Shown here: positions 10,804-23,557 of the stretch, one piece after another
Layout of the letters: the number at the start of each line of letters is the position of its first letter
Position numbering within the stretch: position 1 is the stretch's first letter
NCBI RefSeq assembly: GCF_044704955.1
Contig: NC_091994.1
Span: 47,616,001 to 47,680,000, forward strand
Origin: Pristiophorus japonicus
Lineage: Eukaryota
Direction: 5' to 3'
Length of the DNA: 64,000 nt
The notes under the pieces: model-generated
What the model saw: only the letters and a program-made list of their open reading frames with translations
Database searches by the model: none
What the model was told of the DNA's origin: nothing
Translations under genes and position numbers: made by a program

Positions 10804-13693
10804 GATGATGTCAACGCCCATCTCTGGATACGGGATGATGCATTGGTATTAATATCTTTGTTTTCCGAAAACAATGAAATGAGTGGCTTGTGATCCGTTT
10901 CGATCTCAAAATGAAGACCAAACAGGTACTGATGCATCTTTTTGACCCCATAACAACAGGCCAAAGCTTCTTTTTCTATCATGCTGTAAGCTCTTTCCGC
11001 CTTTGACAAACTTCTCGAAGCATACGCAACAGGTTGTAGCTTACCCGACTCATTTGCTTGTTGGAGTACACATCCAACCCCATATGATGAAGCAGCACAG
11101 GCCAATACAGATGCTTACACGGATCATAATGAACAAGCAACTTGTTTGAACAGAGCAGATTCTTAGCTTTCTCAAAGACTCTATCTTGAGACACACCCCA
11201 GACCCAGATGTTGCCTTTTCTGAGTAGCATATGTAGTGGCTCTAATAAAGTGCTCAATTTGGTTAAGAAATCACCGAAGTAGTTGAGTAGCCCAAGGAAT
11301 GAACGCAGCTCTGTCACATTCTGAGGCCTGGATGCATTTTTGATGGCCTTAGTTTTCAAATCAGCAGGCCTGATGCCATCAGCAGCAATCTTCCTCCCCA
11401 GGAATTCAACTTCAGATACCATGAAGACACACTTCGAACATTTCAGCCTGAGTCCCACTTTGTCCAGACAATGTAGGACTTCTTCAAGATTGTTCAGATG
11501 TTCAGCAATGTCACGACCTGTGACCAGAATGTCATTTTGAAACACGACAGTTCTAGGAACAGACTTCAGTAGACTCTGCATATTCCTCTGAAATATGGCT
11601 GCAGCTGAACGAATTCCAAAAGAACACCTGTTGTAGACAAACAGTCCTTTATGGGTGTTGATGCAGGTGAGTTTCTTCGAAGTGCCGACAAGCTCCTGTG
11701 TCATATAGGCCGATGTCAGATCTAGTTTAGTGAATGACCTGCCACCAGCTAGCATGGCGAACAGGTCATCAGCTTTCAGTAACGGATACTGATCCTGTTT
11801 CGAAAATCAGTTAATCGTAACCTTGTAGTCACCACAAATCCTGACAGTGACATCAATCTTCAACACAGTAACAATGGGGCTGGCCCACTCGTTAAACTCG
11901 ACCGGTGATATGATCCCTTCTCGTTGGAGTCTGTCAAGCTCAATTTTAACCTTCTCCCTCATCATGGAAGGAACAGACCGAGCTTTATGATAGACAGGCT
12001 TTGCATCAGAATCTAGGTGAACCTGCACCTTGGCGCCAGGAAAATTACCAATGCCCGGTTCAAACAAAGAAGGAAACTTCTTCAACACTTGAGCACATGA
12101 AGTGTCATTCATCGAGGACAATGCTTTGACATCATTCCAGTTCCACTTGATTTTCTCAAGCCAATTCCTACCGAACAGCGTTCGGATAAACACCTGGGAT
12201 GATCCATAATGGTAGATCATGAACCACGCCATCATATGACACCTTGACTACTATACTGCCAATCACCGGTATGAGTTCCTTAGTCTAAGTACGCAACTTG
12301 GCATTGACTGGACTCAGCTTAGGCTTCACAGCCTCAGTGTCCCACAGCTTGTTGAATGCCCTTTGGCTCATTATCGACTGACTCACACCTGTCAGCGTCA
12401 CATTAACGATTATTGGCTGGCTCTTTCCCAAGAACGAATACAGACCATACACTTCCTCACCGGCTTGTGTATCCGGGCCAGCACTGGACTGATCATCATC
12501 AAAAATGTGATGAGTGGCAGCACGGTTGTTCAGTTGTGGGCACATTCTCTGAAGATGCCCCACTTTCGAACAGCCATTACAGGCGGTATTGTTTAAACCA
12601 ACACTGATGAGGCCGATGATTGCCCCCACAATGCCAACAGGGTGAAATCAGATTCGTACCAGTTGGTGGACTCTGAGCAGCTATAGGTTTCACATAAGCA
12701 ATCGAGTAGGCCTTTCCATGAGCAGGTCTGCCAGAAGACGACACAATCTTGTTTACAGTAGCTGTCGTGGAGCTCCGATTCTTCGTTGATATCTGCCTCA
12801 AGCTATCATCAGATATCATGCATGCCTGGGCAGTCGCGATGGCCTTTCTCAAATCCAGCTTCTCTTTGGCCAAAAACTTCCGAAGAATCACATTATGGTT
12901 GATGCCTATCACGAAGAAATCTCGCAACATGTCTTCCAACACGTTCCCGAACTTACGCGGCTCAGCAAGACGTCATAGGTCGGCGATGAATCCCGACACA
13001 GCCTGATCCTCAGCACAAACATGTGTATAGAAGCAATAGTGTGAGATGATGATCCCCTCTTTTGGCTTACAAAATCCTCGAAGCATACGCAACAGGTTGT
13101 TGCTTACCCGACTCATTTCCTTGTTGGAGTACACATCCAACCCCATATGATGAAGCAGCACAGGCCAATACAAGATGCTTCCACGGATCATAATGAACAA
13201 GCAACTTGTTTGAACAGAGCAGATTCTTAGCTTTCTCAAAGACTCATACTCTTTGTCCATTGGACGTAAAGGCGAGAGAAGATTCTTCATAAGGCTGTAA
13301 ATTTTCGGATGACAAATGGTGAGGAAAACCGCCATGCGCCTAATTGCATCAGCCTCTCCCTCCATTTTGTTGGCCACAAAACACTGATCCAGGCGGTCGA
13401 TAAAATCCGCTCAATCCTCGCTCTCCGCAAATCTCTCCAGAATTCCAGTAGTGCCCATTGTACATGCGAAGGTTCTTAAGTTACCTCGCCGCCAAATGTA
13501 ATGTCTCAAGAGCCTTGTTACTGTAATCGGCCTCAGGCGTATTCCTGATCCAACTTTATTTGCGCTCAAAGTACCTGCGTGACATAGTACCCGCTCTTAT
13601 ATATCAGTGACCGCACACACGCGCGTACAGCCCGATGACCTCCGACACTGGCGCCCCCTGGTGTCTGGTGACCCCAAGCATCAATACATAACA
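10804..13693 (-). mobile_element. Gypsy element A copy 1 (Mag-like): 5' LTR 13497-13693, gag, protease, RT, RNase H; decayed
   Basis: FTKLDLTSAY, ELRSFLGLLNY, QPVAYASRSL, EKEALA, TDHKPL. PBS TGGCGGCGAGG (tRNA-Ser-like). LTR has TG..CA ends. Confidence 0.92.
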
Positions 13694-14965
13694 ATATGGA
13701 GTTTCAAAAAGGGGTTTGATAACCTGCAACATTGGAGGTTTGTTGATAAAACTAGGGGGAGTGTGGAATTGTTGAACGGAGATAGAAGATATATCAGGGA
13801 TAAGGGGCTTCAATTATGAGGAGGGACAAGAGTAATTGAGGACTTTTGCAGATCAAGGATGGTTAAGAAAAGAACTAATACAGTTGCTCAGAACTTTTGG
13901 TAAGGTAAATCGGGTAAAAACTTTTTCCAGTGGTTGGTGAGTTAGTAACTAGAGGGAATAATTGTAAGATCATCACTGAACGAATGACAGGAAAGGGCTG
14001 GTGAATGTTTATGTTGTGGAGGGGAGTTAGGACTGGGTGGATGAAGGGGAACCTGTGGATATGGTGTATTTGGACTTCCAGAAGGCATTTGACAAGGTGC
14101 CACATAAAAGGTTACAGCACAAAATAAAAGTTCACGGGGTTGAGGGTAATATATTAGCATTGATAGAGAATTGCTAACTAAAAGAAAACAGAGAGTCGGG
14201 ATAAATGGTTCATTCTCGGGTTGGAAATCAGTAACTAGTGGGTGCCACAGGGATCAGTGCTGGGACCCTAACTATTAACAATCTATATTAACGACTTGGA
14301 AGAAGGGGACCGAATGTAACGTAGCCAAGTTTGCTGACGATACAAAGATGGGAGGAAAGCAATGTGTGAGGAGGACATAAAAAATCTGCAAAAGGATATA
14401 GTCAGGCTAAGTGAGTTGGTAAAAATTTGGCAGATGGAGTATAATGTTGGAAAGTGTGAGGTCATGCACTTCAGCATCAAAAAATCAAAGAGCAAGTTAT
14501 TATTTAAATGGAGAAAAATTGCAAAGTGCTGCAGTACAGCGGGACCTGGGGGTACTTGTGCATGAAACACAAAAGGTTAGTATGCAGGTACAGCAAGTGA
14601 TCAGGAAGGTCAATGGAATCTTGGCCTTTATTGCAAAGGGGATATTGTATAAAAACAGGGAAGTCTTGCTACAGTTATACAGGGTATTAATGAGGTCACA
14701 CCTGGAATACGGCATATAGTTTTGGTTTCCATATTTACGAAAGGATATACTTGCTTAGGAAGCAGTTCAGAGAAGGTTCACTTTGGTTGATTCCGGAGAT
14801 GAGGGGGTTGACATGAGAAAAGCTTGAGGAGGTCAGGCCTCTACTCATTGGAATGCTGAAGAATGAGAGGTGATCTTATCGAAACGTTTAAGATTATTAA
14901 ATGGCTGAGCAGGCTCGAGGGGCCGTATGGCCTATTCCGGCTCCTATTTCTTATGTTCTTATGAC
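13694..14965 (+). mobile_element. CR1-clade LINE ORF2 fragments with 3' end
   Basis: YLDFQKAFDKVPH, PQGSVLGP, FADD and WQMEYNVGKC motifs; TTCTTATG tail. Confidence 0.85.
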
Positions 14966-15245
14966 ATGGAATGCCCGATCAGAAATAGTGGGGGAAACAA
15001 TGCGAACAGGTTTTAATGAGGAAGTGAATATGAATTTGCAAAATAATATTAAAAAGGGCATTTGAAATTGAACCAAATGGCTGGGTCTTTCAAAGCATCA
15101 GCACAGGTGCATGGGTCGGATGGCCCCATTCTGTGCTGTCAGATTCTATGGTTCTATGTGTGGTCACGGAGGGAGTGCATTGTGTGGTCTCGTGTACAGA
15201 CACATGTCCCAACTTCTCCCAACACTTTTTACTCAACATGATTAG

Positions 15246-18200
15246 TGTTACACTCATAATAAATGGTCAGACTGAGTACTGTGTATAATGAGCAAGTGTG
15301 ACCTTAGCTCCTTTATTAAGATTCCAGAGTGCAGGTACCTCGTGGGTGGCCTGCTTATATACTTGGCTCCCAAGGGATGCTGGGATTCCTTGGGACTCCA
15401 ACAGGTAGGCCCTCTGGTGGTCAGGTGTGATGCAAGTTGCAAGGGGTTAAATACATAATATCACTCCCCCGTGAAGTCAACAGTACACTTATTTACAAGG
15501 TGAGACGATCTGGGGCTTTGCGGTCCCTTGTCGATCGTCTCGGTACAAATGCTGGTGTGGGTGGGTTGGTCAGTTCTTCACTGGGCTGTTGAGTTGCCAG
15601 CCTTGCCGGGCTGCTGGGGATGGTGAGTTCGATTTCGTGGTCAACTATGATGTCAGTTGCCACTTGTGTGTATGTGTGTGTGTGTTGGAGTGTAAAGTTG
15701 GTGGTATCTTCTTCAGGTTGTTCGTAGCTGTTGGTGAACCTCAATTTGATTTGGTCCAATTGTTTTCTGTGCGTTTGTCCATTGGTCAGTTTGACCTGAA
15801 ACACCACTCTTTGGCTGTGACCGTGCCAGCGAGTCATTTGGGACCATGTCCATTATTGAACACAAACACAGGATCATTGATCTCAATATCGCGTGACATT
15901 TTTGCGCAGTCATGGTACACACTTTGTTGATGCCGCTTGATCATGGAGATCAGGGTGGATATGACAGAGCCTTGTTTTAAGCGCTCTTTTCATGAGCAGC
16001 TCAGCTGGGGGAATGATGGTGAGTGAGTCGGGTCTGGTGCAATAGCTGAGCAGTACTCGGGACAACCGGGTCTGCAGGGAGTCTTCCGACACGCGTTTCA
16101 AGCTCTGCTTGATGGTCTCAACTACCCGTTCTGCATGGCCATTTGGTGCGGGCTTGAACGGGGCAGGTGTGAAATGTTTGATCCGGTTGCGTGTCATGAA
16201 TTCCTTGAATTCAACACTGGTGAAGCACGGCCCATTGTCGCTGACACGGACATCAGGCAAGCCGTGCTTGGCAAACATGGCTCGTAGGCTTTCAATGGTG
16301 GCTTTGGAAGTGCTTACAGACATTATTGCACATTCAATCCATTTTGAATAAGCGTCCACGACAACCAAAAACATTTTGCCTAGGAATGGGCCCGCATAGT
16401 CGACATGCATCCTCGACCACGGTTTGGATGGCCATGACCACAAACTTAGCAGTGCCTCTCTGGGTGCATTGCTCAACTGAGAGCAAGTGTTGCAGTGGCG
16501 CATGCATGACTCTAAATCTGAGTCGATGCAAGGCCACCACACGTGGGGTCTGGCTATGGCTTTCATCATTATGATGCCTGGGTGGGTGTTGTGCAGTTCG
16601 CAAATAAATGTCTCTCTGCCTTTCTTGGGCAAGACTACGCGATTGCCCCACAAAAGACAATCCACCTGCAGGAACAACTCGTCTTTGCATCTGTAGAATG
16701 GCTTAATCACTTCCTGCATCTCCACTGGGACACTGGACCAGCTCCCATGGAGGACACAGATTTGTACAAAAGACAGTAAAGGATCCTGGCTGGTCCAGGT
16801 CCTGATCTAGTGGGCCATAATGACGGACTTCTCGTTCTCAAATGCCTCCATGACCATGAGCAAGTCTGCTGGCTGTGAATTTTCCACCCCGGTGGTGGGC
16901 AATGGTAGCCGACTGAGAGCTTCTGCGCAGTTCTCTGTGCCCGGTCTGCGGCGGATTACATAGTTGTATGCCGACAGCATGAGTGCCCATCTTTGGATGC
17001 GAGCAGGGACATTGGTATTAATCCCTTTGCTCTCCGAGAATAGCGATATGAGCGGCTTGTGGTCAGTTTCGAGCTCAAATTTGCAGCCAAATAAGTACTG
17101 GTGCATTTTTTTTACCCCGTAAGCACACGCCACAGCCTCTTTTTCAACCCTTTTGGTCTTGGACAAACTCCTGGATGCAGACACAACCGTTTGCAAAATT
17201 CCCGATTCATTAGTCTGTTGTAACACACACCCGACCCCATATGACGACGCATCGCAAGCTAACACTAATCGTTTACATGGGTTATACAGGACAAGCAGTT
17301 TATTAGAACATAATATGTTTCTGGCTTTCTTAAAGGCAGCCTCTTGTGAATTCCCCCATACCCAGTCGTCTCCCTTGCGCAGTAGCGCATGTAGGGGTTC
17401 TAGCAGGGTGCTTAACCCAGGTAGGTAATTACTGAAATAGTTAAGGAGCCCCAGGAACGACCGCAGCTCCATCACATTCTGTGGTCGCGGTGCGTTTTTG
17501 ATGGCCTCCATCTTGGCGTTGGTGGGTCCGATGCTGTCTGCTGCGATTCTCCTTCCTAAGAATTCGACGCCCTGTGCCAGGAAAACACACTTCGAGCGTT
17601 TCAACCTGAGCCCCATGCGATCCAACCGACTAAGAACCTCCTCCAGATTCTTCAAGTGCTCCATGGCGTCCCGACCTGTAACCAATATTTCGTCCTGGAA
17701 GACCACTGTGCAAGAAACCGACTGTAGCAGGCTTTCCATGTTCCGCTGGAAGATCGCTGCGGCCGACCGAATCCCGAACGGGCACCGGTTGTAGATAAAC
17801 AGACCTTTGTGTGTGTTGATGTAGGTGATGCTTTCAAAGACTCCTCCAGCTCCTGCGTCATGAAGGCCGAGGTCTGGTCCAGCTTGGTGAATGTCTTCCC
17901 TCCAACCAGGGTCGCAAATAGGTCATCTGCCTTGGGTAGTGGGTACTGGTCCTGCAGCGAAAAATGGTTAATCGTTACTTTGTAGTCCATGCAAATTTTA
18001 ACCGTACTGTCCTCCTTGAGTACCGGAACAATCGGACTGGCCCAGTCATTGAATTCCACTGGCGCGATGATGCCTTCACGTTGCAGCCTGTCCAGCACGA
18101 TTTCCACTTTTTCACGCATCATGTACGGTACCGCACGAGCCTTGTGGTGATTGGGTCGCGTACCGGGAACCAAATGGATGTGCACTTTCGCTCTCGAAAA

Positions 18201-19764
18201 GCTTCCAATGCCTGGCTCAAACAATGAAGGGAACTTGCTTCGAACCTGGGTACATGCGGTGTCGTTGACGGATGAAAGCGCTCAGATTTTGTCCCAGTTG
18301 CAACGGATTTTCCCCAGCCAGCTTCAACCAAACAAAGTGGGGCTATCCCCTGGCGCAATCCACAGTGGGAGTTCGTGTACTGCTACATCATAGGAGACTT
18401 TGACTGCCAATTACAGGGATTAGTTAGTTCCTTGGTACATGTCCTTAGTTTGGTGTGAATGGGGCTGAGCTTGGACCTGTGTGTCTTCTTTCCCCACGAC
18501 CTGTCGAAGGCCGCTTTACTCATTATGGACTGACTTGCCCCTGTGTCCAACTCCATAGACACTGGAATGCCATTCAGTTCAACTTTCAACATTATTGGTG
18601 GGCATTTAATCGTGAACGTATGTACCCCGTACACTTCTGCCTCCTCAATACGAGTTTCCAATTCCATCTGATCCACTGTGGATCGATCTTCCTCTGCAAC
18701 GTGGTGGTTTGCAGGATTTGCAGCTCGCCTCCACATTCGCTGGAGGTGTCCCATTGTTCTGCAGCCATTACACGAATAGTGCTTAAAGCGGCATTGATGG
18801 GGCCGATGATCACGTCCGCAGCACCAACATGGTGTTAACTGCCTCGCATTAACAGATGATGGCTGACTCTGGGTCAATTGAGGTTGAACCACAGCAGCCG
18901 GCGTGTACTTTCTGCCACGTACATTTCTGCTCAAAATCGATGTTACTTTATGCACTGTACTGGCTGAAACTTCTTTGTTCTGCGAAATCTGCTTGGTGTT
19001 GTCATTGGTGGACATAAATGCCTGGGCTATCGTTATGGCTTTACTCAGACTCGGAGTTTCTACAGTCAACAGTTTGTGAAGGATTGTCTCATGTCCAAAG
19101 CCCAGTAGAAAAAAGTCTCTGAGCATTTGTTCTAGGAATCCCTCAAACTCACAATGTCCTGCAAGGCACCTTAGTTCAGCGACATAGCTCGCCACTTCCT
19201 GGCCCTCCGATCGTTGACACGTGTAGAACCGATATCTCGCCATCAAAACACTTTCCTTTAGGGTTTAGTTGCTCCCGGACCAGCATACACAATTCTTCGA
19301 GGGATTTCGCTGTTGGTTTTGCTGGGGCCAGGGGATTCTTCATGAGGTCATAGGTTATTGCCCCACAGACAGTTAGGAGGATCGCCCTTCGTTTGGTAGC
19401 GTTCTCGTCCCCTTCCAGCTCATTGGCCATGAAGTGTTGGTCGAGTCTCTCCACGAAGGCCTCCCAATCGTCCCCTTCTGAGAACTTCACCAGGATGCCG
19501 ACTGTTCTTTGCATTTTCGCGTGGTTGTTTGTTACCTCGTCGCCAATTGTTGCACTCATAATAAATGGTCAGATTGAGTACTATGTGTAATGAGCAAGTG
19601 TGATCTTAGCTCCTTTATTAAGATTCCAGAGTGCAGGTACCTCGTGGGTGGCCAAGGGTTCCCTACTGTGCTCCCAAGGGTTGCTGGGATCCCTTGGAAC
19701 TCCAACAGGTGTGCCCTCTAGTGGTCAGGTGTGATGCAGGTTACAAGGGGTTAAATACATAATA
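15246..19764 (-). mobile_element. Gypsy element B copy 1 (Mag-like), full length, decayed
   Basis: LTRs 15246-15460 and 19548-19764; ATTAG 5-bp TSD on both sides; PBS TGGCGACGAGG; PPT GGGGGAGTGA; ELDTGAS, RT, RNase H, HVDYAGP and SDNGP integrase motifs. Confidence 0.95.
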
Positions 19765-20156
19765 ATTAGGAATGGCCCGAGCCCATTCTGAATTGAAACT
19801 TAACCTTATGCATGAAGTGAATTGGGAGGCAGCATGTTTGGTTGGGGTTGGGTTAAGGCTGGAAATCTTATGGGATGCATTATATTCCATGATCTCTCGA
19901 ATAACCCCACAATGAAAGGTCATATCTTTCAAGCTAACATGCAATTTTTTATTAAGTTCAAGACAGAAATATAGTTTATTTCTCTTTCTGTAAGTGATTT
20001 TACAATGAATTAAACATTCCAAATCTTTTGGACTGCTTTTTTATATTTTATTGAAGTCGTGGCTTGGTGGAATAGATTTTAAAAGTTTGTGTAGGGAGTG
20101 CTGCTGGATGCATGCAAGGCTTTGGATGGTAAAGGAAGGCCTCTGTCAAGACAGGA

Positions 20157-20262
20157 AATGCTGGAAATACTCAACAGGTAAGGCAGCATCTGTGGAAAGA
20201 GAAACAGAGTTCACATCTCAGGTCGATCCGCTGCCTGACCTGCTGAGTATTTCCAGAAATTT
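20157..20262. repeat. Inverted-repeat element (~30-bp arms); paralog at about 60462-60570
   Basis: GCTGGAAATACTCAACAGGTAAGGCAGC ... GCTGCCTGACCTGCTGAGTATTTCCAG. Confidence 0.7.
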
Positions 20263-20818
20263 CTGCATTTATTTCAGACTTCCAGCATTTTCCGTTTTTA
20301 ATTTTCGATTTCCAGCATCTGCTAGCAGAGGGAAGGAGAAGGCACAGAGGAGGAAGACACAGAGAGATAGAAGCAGAAGAGGAGGAAGCTGATGGGAGGA
20401 TGCAATGCAGACAGTCCCTTTCTGGCCGGGAGATCCGGGATGGAATCATTCACCTGCAGTATCAGTGAGCACAACCCCAATTCCCCTTTCAACATTTGTC
20501 CCCACCTTGCCTTCCCTCTGTTACTGACCATCACAGCATTCACTTGGCCACAATGCTGAAATAAAACCCACCACAATGCAAGCATTCCAATCCAAATTTA
20601 TATATCTATTCATCCAACATAACGAGAAATCAACTAATCACCCTTATGCATTCCCTTAGTGACCGTCTTGTATGTGCCTTTACCTGTCCTAATGATGTCA
20701 CTCAGTGCTACCCCAATATCTGCAACATGGCTGGTGGGAGGCTGCTGACTTTCAGTGGGGGACACTGCAGATGGCCTTGTATGTCACCCTCTAGGAGCTG
20801 ATGGCTGGGAGTGTCAAA

Positions 20819-21105
20819 TCTTCTTCTCCCTCCTCCTCCTCTTCCTCCCTCCTCCTCCTCTCCCTTCTGCTCCCTCCACTTCCTCCTCCTCCCTCCCCCT
20901 CCTCCTTCTCCCCCTCCCACTCCTGTTCCTCCTCCTCCCTCCACTCTTCGTCTTCCTGTTCCTCCTTCTCATTCTTCTGCTTCCTCTTTTTCCTCCTCCC
21001 TCCTCCCACATCGCTCCTTCCACCTCCTCCTTCCTCATCCTCTTCCTCGTCGTCTTCATCATCTTCTTTCTCCTCTTCTTCCTCCTATTTTTCCTCTTCT
21101 TCTTT
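20819..21105. repeat. Polypyrimidine (CCT/CTT)n low-complexity tract; paralog at about 61122-61354
   Basis: Almost pure C/T on the + strand. Confidence 0.9.
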
Positions 21106-21564
21106 ATGCGCAGAAGGAAATTCAGCTTGAAGAGCTGAAGACTGCCATTTTAGAATTATTTTTTTGGAGAAGGCAGTTACGTTCTAAGGGCTTAAATACT
21201 AGCTATTTGTTTGGATCATCCATTGGCATTTCGGGCGAAGATGGGTGAAAATGGTTCAGCCTTGTCTTTTGAACTCACGTGCTGGGCTCCTCCATCATTC
21301 AGGATTGGGATTTTCATGGAGCCTCCTCCTCCCGTTAGTTGTTTAATGGTCCACCACTATTCACGGCTGGATGTGACATGACTGCAGAGTTTTGATCTGA
21401 TCCTTTGGTCGTGGGATCGTTTAGCTTTGTCTGTAGCATGCTGCTTCTGTTGTTTAGCATGTATGTGGTCCTGTGTTGCAGTATCCCCAGGTTGACACCT
21501 CATTTTTAGGTGTGCCTGGTGCTGCTCCTGACGTGCTCCTATACACTCTGCATTGAACCAGTTA

Positions 21565-22432
21565 CATAAGAACATAAGAACATAAGAAATACGAACAGGG
21601 CCTGCTCCGCCATTTAATAAGATCATGGCTGATCTGATCATGCACTCAACTCCACTTCCCTGCCCACTCCCCATAACCCTTTATTCCCTTATTGCTCAAA
21701 AGTCTGTCTATCTCCGCCTTAAATATATTCAATGATCCAGCCTCCACTGCTCTCTGGGGCAGAGAATTCCACAAATTTACAACACTCTGAGAGAAGAAAT
21801 TCCTCCTGGTCTCAGTTTTAAATTGGCGGCCCCTTATTCTGAGACTATGCTCCCTAGTTTTAGTTTCCCCTATGAGTGGAAATATGCTCTCTTGTCGAGC
21901 CCGCTTATTATCTTATATGTTTCAATAAGATCACCTCTCATTCTTCTGAACTCCAATGGGTATAGGCCCAAACTACTCAACTTATCTTCATAAGACAATC
22001 TCTCATCCCCAGAATGAACCTGGTGAACCTTCTCTAAACAGTCTGCAATGCAAGTATATTCTTCCTTAAATACAGAGAGCAAAACTGTACACGGTGCTCG
22101 AGATGTGGCTTCACCATGTACAGTTGCAGCAGGACTTCTCTGCTTTTATACTTCATCCCCATTGCAATCAGGGCCAACATTCCATTTGCCTTCCTGATTA
22201 CTTGCTGTATCTGCATACTAACTTTTTGTGCTTCATGCACAAGGACCCCCAGGTCCCTCTGTACTGCAGCACTTTGCAAATTTTCTCCATTTAAATTAGA
22301 ATTTGCTTTTCTATTTTTTCTGCTAAAGTAGATAAGCTCACATTTTCCCACATTGTACCCCACCTGCCAAATTTTTGCCCACTCACTTAGCCTGTCTATA
22401 TCCCCTTGCAGAAGTTGCTTTCCCACCCATCT
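21565..22432 (-). mobile_element. CR1-clade LINE 3' fragment inserted in an older LINE remnant (about 21230-22610)
   Basis: (AAGAACAT)n tail; RRMRGDLIETYKI and RLSEWAKIWQ on the minus strand. Confidence 0.85.
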
Positions 22433-22994
22433 TTGTATCCTGGTCCCTGGCTTGATGGTAATGGTGGAGTGAGGGATATACTGGGCCATGATGTTACAGA
22501 TTGTGGTGGAATACAGTTCTGCTGCTGCTGATGGCCCACAGCACCTCATGGAAGCCCAGTTTTGAGCTGAAAGGTCTATTCTGTATCTATCCCATTTAGC
22601 ACGGTGGATTTGTAGTTCACTAACATAACCAGTATGATACCATACTTACAATGGCTTTTGAGTGGGCAATGCTTAGCTTCTAAATTTCTCATCCTTTCTT
22701 TCAAATAACTCTATGATCTCACCCCTCCCCACCTCTGTAACGTCCTCCAGCCCTACGACCCTCCAATATCTCTGCACTCCTCCAATTCTGGCATCATGCA
22801 CATCGCACCATCATTGGCACCATGCCTTCAGCGCCTAGGCCCCAAACTCTGGGATTTCCTTGCTAATACTCTCCGCCTCTCTACATCTCTCTCCTCCTTC
22901 AAGATACCATTAACACCTACCTTTTGGAACAAGCTTAAGGTCATCTGTCCTAATATCGCTTTATGTGGCTTGCTGTCAGATTTGTGTCTGATTA

Positions 22995-23145
22995 CGCTCC
23001 TGTTTATAGTCTCATCCAAAAGGCAGCAGCTCCGAAGTACTGCACTGGAGTGTCTCCCTAGATTTTTGTGCTGAAATCTCTGGAATGGGACTTGAACTCT
23101 GGAATGGGACTCAGATGCAAGAGTGCTACCCACTGAGCCAGGGCT
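22995..23145 (-). mobile_element. tRNA-derived SINE head
   Basis: A box TGGCTCAGTGG and B box GTTCAAGTC on the minus strand. Confidence 0.7.
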
Positions 23146-23557
23146 GACACTAGTCACTGCTCATCCTTCATTGCCTCACGTCTCCCTATCTCTGTAACCT
23201 CCTCCAGTCCTACAACCCTCCCCCCCCTCTCTGAATTCACTGTTCCTGTGACTCGGGCATTTTTTGCATTCTGCCCTTCCTTTGTCTCACCATTGGTGGC
23301 CGTGCCTTCAGTCGTCTAGGCCTCATGCTCTGGAATTCCCTCCCGAAACCCTTCTTTCCCTCCACCTCCTTCACTGACTTGAAGACCTTCCTTAAAAACC
23401 CCCTCTTTGACCAAGCTTTCAGTCACCCCTCCGAATATCGTCTTTGTCTTGGTGTTCTTGTTGTCTGATTACACCTGACTTTGCAAATTGTAACTCGATC
23501 CACTTTGAATTCTTGAAGCGACAGAGGACAGAGCTCCCCAGCAGACAGCAAGGACCA

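Noticed and set aside
20708-21248. Hydrophobic, Ser-rich and Glu/Gly-rich ORFs (also at 60922-61562)
   Set aside because: Artefacts of the low-complexity CT tract.
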